A stretch of DNA of 64,000 nucleotides from the NCBI GenBank assembly GCA_010909165.1, contig MU008159.1, forward strand, positions 1,798,001 through 1,862,000, read 5' to 3'. A program made the position numbers and the translations under genes. Every line of letters begins with the position of its first letter. Within the stretch, counting starts at the first letter, position 1. The notes below the pieces were generated by a model that had not been told where the DNA came from, searched no databases, and worked only from the letters and a program-made list of their open reading frames with translations. The stretch is from Anthoceros angustus (lineage: Eukaryota > Plantae > Anthocerotophyta). Positions 37,701 through 48,727 of this stretch are shown one piece after another.

Positions 37701-38137
37701 CTCCTAGGTTTCTCAAGGCACAGACAGTGTCATGGCGAAACGCAAGCCCCGAACCCCAAGAATTGCCCAGCGACCTCGCACCTCGCAGATTGGTGGCTCG
37801 AACTTGGCTGTCCTCCGCGCTGGCCCGATCTCCCTTCCGCCCGGCGCCTCTAACCGTGGGGACCTCATTGTGGATGAGTGGGCACCCTCCTCCCTTCCTC
37901 CTGAACACTCCAAATGGCGATGGTGGCCGCGCCTCAGAGCTCCTGCCAAGTCGAAACACGGCTTCACGCCCAGTGCTTTTCCCAAGTTCCCAGACATGAC
38001 ATGTTCACGCTCCAAATTTGACTTAACTTCAAACTATATAAATATTGGATAATCGAAACTCGCCGTATATGCAGCACATAGTGCACATTTGCATATGTCA
38101 CAAAATGTGGTATACCTAACCGTGCCTACACCCAAGG

Positions 38138-41100
38138 CGTAGTGCCAGAACCTCTAAAGTTGAGGGGCAAAGTGGAAGCAGCCAGGGCTGCCCTGTTGAG
38201 ACCAGGGTCTCAGAGGTCCTCCAACGGGTGATGTCCACCTCCTGGACCGACGAGGAGAGCAAGTACAAGATAATTGTCCATCGGAACATGCTCACCAAGG
38301 CTGATCACTTAGGTGACAACCTTTTGGTGTTTTTGCATGCCCTTATGAGGGGCAAGCGAGCGGACTGGGGGCAGATCATTTACGCCCGCATCGCGCAGGA
38401 GGCGCGGAAATTGCGTAGCGAATGGCCTCCGCCCTTGGCCATGTCCCCATTCATCGTGCATGTTTGGGGGCACCTTAACCTCCTGAGGGAGGGAGAGGAG
38501 GAGCGAGCTCTCCGGAAAGGGCGGGTCACATTCCCAGAAGCGAAGCGTGAGGAGGTAGCACAGGACCTGGGAAGTCGGCCAGGCAAGAAGCGTTGGACGT
38601 AGGAGGAGGAGGACTGGGAAGGCATTCCGGACTCCATTCGCCTGGAACGGACCCCTTCCCCTCCAAGGGAAATTTGGGAAGTAATTCCCGCTTCCCTCCT
38701 CCTCGTGCCACTGGCAGGGGTCACCTCCGTGGCCGCAACGACAGCGGTCCAAGCGCCTTTGCTGCGCCGCGCCCTTCCCTTCCGGCCCGCTTTTCCGCCC
38801 TACTTTTGGATTCCATGGATCGCCACTTGGCTTGGGCACCTGTGTGAGGTCGCCCACCTCACCTCCGCCTCGCCACTGCAGATGAGTGCCCAGAGCTCCC
38901 CTCCCGAGTGTGGTCTTCCACATCTTTGGCGCCCTTTCAAGCTCCGGACGCCCGCCTTAGATGAATTCCTCCGCACACAACCCACATCAAGGACCACTGT
39001 TACATGGAAAGCCTAGCGTATGAGCACCATCCACATCTGCAGCATCAAAGCACTGAGACCGCCGAGCTGGCCATCGCCGCCGAGCCAAGTCCCCATCGCG
39101 ACGGCCCGCCTTGTCCTCCGCCATCCGCAGCCGTGCAACGAGGCCCATGTCCTAGCCCCAAACCACTGGCTCGAGGAGGGCTCCACAAGCCGGGTCTCGG
39201 GACATGAGCTTAGAGGTGCCTCCCACCTTGGGCGTAAGAGGCCTTGCACTTGACGATCACCACCTCACCCAATCGCACCTAAACTTTCCAAACATGCAAT
39301 CATACTGAGGCCATCCCGGCTTCCGAGCTCCTAGGTTTCTCAAGGCACAGACAGTGTCATGGCGAAACGCAAGCCCCGAACCCCAAGAATTGCCCAGCGA
39401 CCTCGCACCTCGCAGATTGGTGGCTCGAACTTGGCTGTCCTCCGCGCTGGCCCGATCTCCCTTCCGCCCGGCGCCTCTAACCGTGGGGACCTCATTGTGG
39501 ATGAGTGGGCACCCTCCTCCCTTCCTCTGAACACTCCAAATGGCGATGGTGGCAAGCCGCGACGCCCGAGAGCTCAAGTCGAAACCGCCACGGCTTCACG
39601 CCCGAGGCACTTTCTTCCCAAGTTCATTGACATGACATGTTCACGCTCCAAATTTGACTTAACTTCAAACTATATAAATATTGGATAATCGAAACTCAGA
39701 TATGCGCACATAGTGCACATTTGCATATGTCACAAAATGTGGTATACCTAACGTTTACACCCAACAAGGCGAGTGCCGGAACCTCTAAAGTTGAGGGGCA
39801 AAGTGGAGCGGCTGTACGCCCTGTTGAGACCGAGGTCCTCCAACGCAGTGGGCGATGTCGGACCTCCTGGACCGACGGGTGAGAGCAGTGGCCAAGATAA
39901 TTGTCCACTGGAACATGCTCACCAAGGCTGATCACTTAGGTGACAACCTTTTGGTGTTTTTGCATGCCCTTATGAGGGGCAAGCGAGCGGACTGGGGGCA
40001 GATCATTTACGCCCGCATCGCGCAGGAGGCGCGGAAATTGCGTAGCGAATGGCCTCCGCCCTTGGCCATGTCCCCATTCATCGCATGTTTGGGGCACCTT
40101 AACCTCCGAGGGAGGGAGAGGAGGAGCGAGCTCTCGGAAAGGGCGGGTCACATTCCAGAGGCGTGAGGAGGTAGCAGGGACACAGGAAGTCGGCAAGAAG
40201 CGTTGGACGTAGGAGGAGGAGGGCGGGAAGGCATTAGGACTCCATCACTTTGAAGCGGACCCTTCCTCAAGGGAAATTTGGGAAGTAATTCCCGCTTCCC
40301 TCCTCGTGCCACTCAACGGGTCACCTCCGTGGCCGCAACGACAGTCCAAGTCGGCGCCCGGCACACGGAGGACACAAGGCCCGTTCCGGCCCCGCCCGTC
40401 GAGCCTCGACGGACTGGGAGGGAGGCCAAGAACAAATGGAAGGATCCGGACTCCAACGCTCCGGTGACGGTGCCTCGTGCCCGCCGATGGAGTGGCAGAA
40501 GAGGTCGCTATGCACGGTGCGGAGGGACTCGGCCTGTGGCGCCGGAGGACACTGGCAGCAACCTCATCCGGAGCCGGTCCTCTCTCCTACAAGGAGAGGA
40601 AAGAGGGCCAGCTCGAGGACCCCATCACCACCGCCGGATCCAAAGAGGAGAAGGGTGGAGAAGGAGTTGGCCGCAAAGAGGGCCAAGGAGGTTGAAGGAC
40701 CTACTCCGGACGGTCAGGACTTGGGGGTCCTGATTGGGTCCGGAGTACCTAACCCGGAGCTGCTCCGGAGTGCAGTCTGGCGGGCCTTAGCGGACCGAGA
40801 AATGCCCGTAGCCCCAGCAGGGTACTTAGGCACATCGCCACCGGGCGCCGTGGAGGAAACACGGCGAGTATTGGCTGCCGTCATGGACGGTATGCTATGG
40901 GGTCTCTGCGGGACAGCAGAGAAGGCTTAGGAGGTGGAGGCCACCCGGCGGAGGATGGTGGAACTTCAGGGCCAAACGGAGGCCGCCCAAGCGGCCAGGA
41001 GGAAGGCGGAGTCCCTCGCCCGAATCGAGGAAGAGAAGCGGCGGGCGGCAGAGACAGCGGCAAGATCCACCCAGCAGGACCGGACGAGGGTCCTTCAATT

Positions 41101-42802
41101 ATGTGAGCAGTTGGGCCTAGCCCAGGAGGCGAAGGCGCAAGCGGAAGGGGCGCGCCAGCAAGCGGAGGAGGCCCGGGAGCAGACTGAAACTGCCTGGAGG
41201 GAGCAAGGCCAGAGGCTGGAGGCCAAGATGAAGGCGGCCAAGGAGGCCGAAACCACCGCAAGAACCGATCGGGACCACTACCGTCGGGACCGGAATCGGT
41301 GGAGAGAGGCGGAGTAGCTACGGAGCGCCTACAGGAGGAGCAGGGGGCTGCGGAGCAAGCCCGCGTAGTGCACGGGGCTGAGGTAGAAGGGAGGCTAAGG
41401 GAGCTGGAAGGCCTCCAGCGCAACCTGTGGGGCGTAGCGCCAGAGGAAGGCGGGAGGGAGACCTTGAGCCGCAGCCCAGAAATGAACCAGCGGCATGGTC
41501 TCCTTCAGGGACCATAGCGGACAAGGAGCAGGAGATAGAACGTCTCCAATTATGCCTGAGGGCGGAGGAGGTTCGCCGGCATAGCAAGGAGCTGGACATC
41601 GCCGAGCTCGAGAGAGGGTTGGCCGATGCCCAGCGCCTTGTGGAACTCCCGGGACGGCTGGAAAAGGAGATGGCCGTCCTCAACCAGAAGGTAACCGAGC
41701 AACAGCATTGGAAGGAGGAGGAACACAAGTTGCTCGTACGGTTACGAAGAGCGGAGGCACAGAATCAACTCCTGACCGGGCAGCTGGCCACCGCGAGGAG
41801 AGAACAAGAGAAGGAGCGGACCAACGTGGAGCGGAGGCTCCAGGAGTTGGCGGAGGTCTCGTTGATGGCCTCCCGGGATGCTGCCAGATCAAGGCTGGAG
41901 GATCTCGGGGCTGAGATGGCCCAGCAGGCAACCCGACACGCCCGGCTGCCGGAAAACCTCTGGAGGCGGAGTACCGGGTGCTGCGGACCCATGTGAAGGA
42001 GGCCATCCAGCAAGTAGACTCGGACTTCGCATATTACCATGCGGAGCTCCTAAGAGCGGTGGCAGCCGTTCAACCGGGGGTCGAGGAGGCGGGTCCGCTG
42101 GAGGAGTCGGGGGAGACCGGGAGAGAAGAGGGCCTCGGAGAGAGCGCGGCGGCAGGGCACTTAGACGCCCTGTTCGGACAGGAGAGCGGCAGCGAGGAGG
42201 CGCCGAGGGGGGAGGAGAGATAGGAGTGCAACGACGGAGCCACTGCCATAGAGCAAGAGGTAGGCTCTCCGCACCCAGGACCCGTTGAGGGGGGTGGGCA
42301 GGAAGGCGTTCCGCCACAAGGGTTCCCAGAAGCGGAGGAGACAGGACCCCTGGAGGCCCCGGACTTAAGAGTCTGGGAATGGCAAGAGGTAGGGGCGGAC
42401 CTACCGGTCTGGGCCCCAGAAGAGGGAGCGGACCTGTTGGTCCGGGCTCCAGAGCAAGGGGCGGACCTACCGGTCCGAACTCCAGAGGTGGGGGCGAACC
42501 TGCTGGTCCGAACTCCAGAGGTGGGGGCGGACCTACTGGTCCGAACTCCAGAGGTGGGGGCGGACCTACTGGTCCGAGCTCCAGAGGTGGGGGCGGACCT
42601 ACTGGTCCGAGCTCAGGGGGAAGGGACGGGGGCGTTTGACCAACTCCCCGCCCTGGAGAGGGGCCTGGGCGAGGGACAAACTCGTCCAACCCTAGGAGAG
42701 CGAACGTCGGACGAGCCCGAGGATCAAGGGTTGTCCAGAGCGCCGGAGGACAGCGGGGACGAGGATTTGATAGTCACCTGTCAACTCGATGCTGGCAGCT
42801 GA
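38138..42802 (+). pseudogene. 3' part of the TE accessory ORF (globular domain plus long coiled coil), resembling extra ORFs of Gypsy elements
   Basis: LLVFLHALMRGKRADWGQIIYARI..MSPFIVHVWGHLNLL, then E/R/A-rich coiled coil at 40934-42200. Frameshifted. 38749-40340 duplicates 37120-38748. Confidence 0.6.
42385..42620 (+). repeat. 33-bp tandem repeat, about 7 copies
   Basis: ggtccgaactccagaggtgggggcggacctact. Confidence 0.95.
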
Positions 42803-43632
42803 CGAGCGCGAGCCCCAGCGGAATTACGGGTCGAGAATCATCCGACAGGCGCCCAGCGCTGGGGATTGGTCCGCCAATGGCAGGGGCTGATCGTAGTCAA
42901 CCTCAGCCGCCCCGCCGAAGGCGTGGGTAGGGTTGTAGATGGGGTCACGCCGGGAACCGCGGCCACTTGCGCATGTGTTGTGAGCTGGCGGTAACCCGGA
43001 TTTAGGGTGTAATAAAGGCACCTCCTCATAAAGTAGTATAAGAGGGGGCTGCCATTCTAGTAAAGGGATCTTTCTTTTAGGATTGATACCGCGTCTTATG
43101 TTCTGATCTTCTGAGCATTACTAACACGCGAGTCCCGAGTCACCAAGCGGGTGGACTACTCCGGAGAGACTGATCCAGGTTCTGGTGACGAACCCCTAAC
43201 GTGTGGTGGTGGGTGCAGGTGTGAAGAGTTCGGGACCCTTGCTCGCCGAGCGGGACATTGACGCGAGCACGGAGTGGGCGCTTAGCCACCGGCGGGAAGG
43301 TGTGTAGAGCCCGACCGAATTTGACCGCGACGCAACCACGAGGAGTCGTGACACCCTTCTCGCACGCAAACCGTACAGGCATCTCCGGGTGCGATAGGCA
43401 GATACTGGAGGGACTACGAGAGAGAGAGTGGCGACGGCGAGGGATGAGAGAATAGGACGTGAACGAGTCCTTATAAACGTTCAAGCGCATTAATCTGTAA
43501 CGGACGGACCCCGGTAAGGTAGTGGTGAAGCCCTTGGGGGAAAAGTTACCCGAAGCGATACGAAGGTAAGGGTGTGGTGGGAAAAACGGGTTCCGGATGG
43601 TCGGTAGTTCGGACCACTCTGGAGGAGTTTCC

Positions 43633-43883
43633 TGAAGAAATAATTGTTTATGTGTTGACTCATGCTAGGGTTAGGTTATCTTAGTTTAGTTAACCTATCT
43701 GATGTGTAAACTGGGTCTAGTCACCTAGTACCCTTTCGGTAGGGTTGTGACTCTTACAGTGGCGTAACACTTGGTATCTTAATTAGGTTGTTTTAAGCAT
43801 AAGCAAGTTACTCTTTATTTGATCTTTCAATTCAATCAATAATGTAATTGTGTTTTATTAATTCAATTCACATAAAATCTTCA
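43633..43883 (+). repeat. 5' LTR of copia-2
   Basis: TG..CA, matches 54317-54573. Confidence 0.96.
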
Positions 43884-46800
43884 TGGTATCGAGGGGGATA
43901 GATGGAGATGCATATAGTATGCACACACAAATTTTCTGCATTAGAAGATGTGCGAAAGATGTGTTTTATTATTGTTTTGAATAATAACATGTTCTTGAAA
44001 AGGAACTTTTAAAGAAACATCAAGAAATGAATTTTGTGTTGTTTTCTTTAAAAATCTATACAAATTCTTGCATTAGGTAGCCATTCTAGCGTGCATTCAT
44101 TGAATTGCTCCTTGAGCAATTGCAATGAACATACACTAGAACAATGCCCAATGGGCAAAATTATATATAGAAAAATACAAAGAAATATAAGATGCAATTT
44201 CGCACTTATAAAACACAAATCCTGTTACGGCACATGGCCAATTTAGATGCGCACCAGCAATGGCCGCAACACCGCTACTCGTAATCATCCTAGGCAAAAT
44301 AGGTCAAGAATTGGATGGGCACACAATTGCTTCGATTACATTCGCATCCTACAATGGAGCCAACAAAACCAAAATAGACCTATGCAAATTGCTGATCCGA
44401 GAGACGCATTTAATACTATTGTGGAATTTCTCTATCCTCAAGAGCGTAATGGTGTTTACTCTTCCTCCAAGAAATCCACTAAATTTGCAGTGCGTGTACA
44501 AAGAGCTTTTGATGGAAACGGCAGCCCGTGGTTTCATCACAACTCAAGCGCCACAAACACGAGTGTCGACAATAATTAATCGCATCGAAGCAAATAACAG
44601 GATAGTGGACAGACGCTGCACACAAATTAATGGACACTTGTCTACAGCAAGCGTTGACTTACAGGATCTGAAGGAGCAAGTTGCACACTTGGACTACAAG
44701 CTGGTTATGCTGCTCAAGCCCGAGATGCTCAAAAATCCAGTGTTCAGAAACACGGCCTGTAAACACGCAAGTAAGACAAATCGTGAGCGAAGCTTTAGCT
44801 CACTTAACTCGTGTCCATCTTGCTCCACGTATGCCTACAATAGGTTCGAGATGAGGAGCTCCAAAATTGCACGAGGAGGATCTCGGGATCAAAACCGCAA
44901 CGCCGAATCAACAAGCGTTATGAGCGGTGTGTCCGATCGGGACGGTTTTGGGGATATATTCAATACTGAATTTGAACACGAGGTCGAACAACAAGCCATA
45001 AATATGGCACGCACCTCAACTCCAAACTATGGAGGTAATGAATCCTTCAAGGAGAAGGATCGGTTCAATGGCAATGACTTTGACATATGGCGATCCGGAT
45101 GGAGGCGTCCTCGAAATGAGGGGCTCAAACATGCAACCGGAAAGGTAGTGAAACCAGACGAGGATCTTGGAGAAGAAGAATGGTTAGCTAAGGATAGCGG
45201 AGCCAAGTACCTCATTCAGTGGCACGACAACCGAAATGTTGAGGCGCATAATGGGTGGAAACTTCAGCCGAAATCATGAATCGTCTAAAGGAACTCTACG
45301 CAGGCCAGAACATGGTCAGTGCAATGACAGCTTTAAGAAATTTCCAGAACTTGAGAATGAAGGATGGGGACTCAGTGGAGAAGCACGTGAGTACCTTTAG
45401 GACCCTAGCCTCCCGGCTTCAGGGTGCCTCTAAAGTTGCCATCAAGGATGATGAGATGGTGATGAGGCTCCTTCTTTCGCTTCCTGAGTCTTGGTCACAC
45501 TTCGTGACCTCCCACACAGCTGCTCAGACACAAGCTACACTGTTAGCTAAGAAGCAAGGCATAGAGATGCCTGAGATGTCATTCTCACAACTTGTGAGTT
45601 CCATGCAAGAAGAGGCAAGCGAACTAATCACAAGAAAGCGAGGAAACAACAGCCCCAGACACCTCAAATCAAGGCGAGGAGGCAAGAAATCCTTCTCCAA
45701 AGGAGGTGGTGGAAATCCTTCCAAGGGAGGTAGCTCAGCGGATCCTCATCCGGGAAGAAGACTAAAAAGCCGGCACACGTGCAAGCACGGACATTGGGAA
45801 AAAGAGTGTCGCAAAAAGCAAGCTGGAATTCCTCGCAAGGAGGGCACCAGCGCTGACGCCAATGTTGTGGTAAAGAAGGCTAATACCCCATCAGCTCTTA
45901 CAGTTGGGACTAGGGAGTTTGCTAGTCCATTGCTGCTTCCCACTTGCCTTTCTGCCAAAGCTAATCTGAAACCAATAGATGAATGGTATTTAGATACAGG
46001 TGCTACTGCACACATCTGCTTTGATAGAAATGCTTTCAAAACATATAGGTCTTTTCCGGATCGGTATGTTTACCTTGGGGACGACAGTCTCTAGTCTCAC
46101 TGGTCGTGGCAGTTGAGTTGCTAGTTCCTGAGGATCACACTCATGTTGTTAGAAGTCTACTATGTGCGAAATGACTAGAAACCTTATTTCGATCAAGATT
46201 GAATGCGATAACAACGATCACGTTGTTTTCACTAGGACATTGTAGAATCATAGATGCTATTGACCCTAGAAAGGTCCTTGCACATGGGTCTTGGACCACG
46301 ATCTGCTCCGCTCCATTTGCACGATGGAGTAGCGAGTCCCACGACACAAGACGTCTCCTTGCATCCGCACAACAAACAAAGAAAGTCTAAGTTGTGGCAT
46401 GCACGCTTGGGTCACCCTCACATGGCAAAGCTGCAAAAATTGGCTGAGTGACTGTATCAAGATGGACCTATTGGCCCTTTGATCGCCATACCTTTATGTG
46501 AGGCTTGTGTGTTGTCGAAGAAACACCAAGCTGCCTTCAAGAACAAAGCACCTCATCGTGCTGATGATCTCCTTGAGCTTGTACATACTGACCTATGTGG
46601 ACCCTTATCTCAAGCGTCCATAGGAGGTGGACGTTATTTTCTAATGTTCACAGATGACAAGAGCAGATTTGTCACCACCTATATCCTGAAGAACAAAAGC
46701 GAATGTTTCTCCTACTTCAAGGAATACATCAAATTCGCTGGGCGTTGGACAGGAAAACACTCAAGACCACGAGATCCGATAATGGCGGGAATTTACATCT

Positions 46801-46981
46801 AATGAATTCCATTACAGAAAGAGAAGGCATTGGACGCCAACTCACCGTTGTATACACTCCACTGCAGAATGGAGTGGCCGAGCGCTTGAACCTCACATTG
46901 CAGGAGATGGTCTCCTCATTGTTACATGATGCTCATTTGCCACTACCCTACTGGGCTGAGGCTTTGATGACTTCAACTTTT

Positions 46982-48727
46982 AACAGCGTCTGTTTAGAAA
47001 GGGGTTTCTCCTGTCAAAAGGGGTTTTGGAAAAAATCCCAACCCTATTTCGCCGGAAACTGAAGTTGCTTTGGTTTTTGTTGGTTTTTGTAGGTGTTCAT
47101 CCATCGGTTCCGGGCATTCTCGGCTCCGGCACCACTTCCTGTCGAGTCATTTACACCGCATTGGCGCCTTGTACTCAGGTTCATGGCGATTTAGTCGGTG
47201 TGATGAAGGGCTAGTGACCTCATTGTTCCATAATTTCGTCATGTCCGTAGTTTCTGCATTTTGTGTGGTTTTGTATGTTTTGTATACCGGGGGCCTAGGC
47301 GCGCATAAGTGCGCGTCTAAACAACGCTATCAAACTTGTGCACGACTGCAAAAAGAACGCGAAAAATGATCTTCTAATGGGAAAACATGTCCTTTTGGAG
47401 GTCTGAGGATGTTCCGGAACTCCCGACAAAATAACAGGTAGCAGACATCGGCAGAGGTTCACCTAGACCGCTCTCATATATCTATCCTATGCCCTAATGC
47501 GATGAAGAGCACCCTATCCCCTTTTTATCCTTTACGGTGTTTCCGTCTCTTTCGGCAGTGATCTAGTACCGAGTTATCATCAAACATGCCAGGGGCCCGG
47601 TGGGTGAACAAGTGCATGTACCGAGGGGCAAGGGGCCCGGTGCGCACTTGTGCGCGCACCGAGGCAGGAGGCCAGTGCGCGCACCGAGGCAGGAGGCCAG
47701 TGCGCACTTGTGCGCGCACCGAGGCAGGAGGCCAGTGCGCGCACTGGGGCAAGGGGCCCGGTGCGCACTTGTGCGCGCACCATGGGGCAAGGAGGCCCAG
47801 GTGCACGCACAAGTGCACGCAACCAAGGTCAAGAAGGGCTTAGAAGCATGAATCCATATGGTTCATGCCTCCTAGTGCATTCCCAGACGGTTCATCCAAA
47901 GAAAAAGAGCAAAAAGTCTAAAAAACCCTTAAAACCCCTAAAAAAATCACAAAAAAGTCCAGTTTTTTTAGGCAAGTGCGCGCACTTGCCCTAAAATTTT
48001 GACAATTTTTTGAATTATTTTGTATTTGTTTTAAAGGGTTCCTTTCGACGTTTTCAACCTTTTTTGTGCACCTCCCTAATGTGGATATGTTCTTATCTTT
48101 ACTTAACCCTCATCTTTTCTCTAGTGGTTAAAATTTTGAACTAGTAGTGAGAACCTTTTGCATCTTTTGAATCTTGAGGCGTTTGGCGTGGGCCCGACTC
48201 AAGTGCGAGACCATGCCACTCTCATTCTCTTGCATGTGGATCAAGAACATTAGGTCAACGAAGATATTATTGTCCCAATGTCTAAGAAACAAAGTCTGTA
48301 AAATTCTCGAGGCGAGAGTATAGTCTTAGGATTGAGTGGTATGAATGAAAGGTTGGTGCGCAAACAAGTTTGCGCACAGTCTAACAAGCCCTAAAAACTC
48401 TAAAGCGTTTGTATCGTCCAACACGGCAATGATTGCGGATGTTGGAGATTGTTTAGATGTAAGTGCGCGCATAAGTTTTGTGTGTCATCGATTTGAAAGA
48501 AAAAGCCGAGCGAGAATGGGACTTTAGGTTTTGCCACGTACTTGCAATCTACAATCTCAAATAACGTGTATCAAAACAATTATTCAAAAGGTTGCGGTGA
48601 CATGTCCGAGAGAAATACCAAAACGGCTGATTATAGTGCGGATTTTTTCAAGTGCAAAAAGGGGTCCGGCCACGTCCGTGTGCAAAAAAGGGTTTCAGGA
48701 GAAACCCCTTTCTAAACAGACGCTGTT
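46982..48727. mobile_element. Non-autonomous TIR DNA element (1746 bp) nested in the copia-2 integrase
   Basis: Perfect 32-bp TIR AACAGCGTCTGTTTAGAAAGGGGTTTCTCCTG at 46982-47013 and 48696-48727. TTTT on both sides. Excision restores ACT TCA ACT TTT CTA CTG AAC (TSTFLLN). Confidence 0.93.
47590..47822. repeat. GC-rich tandem, partly palindromic repeats inside the TIR element
   Basis: gtgcgcacttgtgcgcgcaccgaggcaggaggcca units. Confidence 0.9.

Larger units (their letters stand above)
28530..37997 (-). pseudogene. Second, multi-exon gene inside the Sola2 element (unknown function; acidic repeats; possible degenerate SWIM-like C-terminus)
   Basis: ATG 37997 (MSGNLGKALGVKP) downstream of a TATA-like box near the right TIR. 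GT-AG junctions. Coding-like blocks: RIPRLMALGIALEKLLGVEVNWRVFHEKTQ, KEWKSEYLELVKDPDALLSRLEKIRR, EVDKDT repeats, ASCMYTGRAFLPTHTTPKHA. Fragmented and partly tandemly repeated. Confidence 0.55.
22759..38133 (+). mobile_element. Sola2-type DNA transposon, 15.4 kb as assembled
   Basis: 35-bp TIRs at 22759-22793 and 38099-38133 (31/35 identical, 5'-GGG termini). 4-bp TSD AAGG at 22755-22758 and 38134-38137. Encodes a Sola2-like DDD transposase. Confidence 0.88.

Noticed and set aside
39728-39762. Second independent Sola2 right end
   Set aside because: It lies within the 37120-40340 tandem duplicate, which is probably an assembly artefact.
41889-42689. Pro-rich 266-aa minus-strand ORF
   Set aside because: Product of the 33-bp GC-rich repeat and antisense to the accessory ORF.
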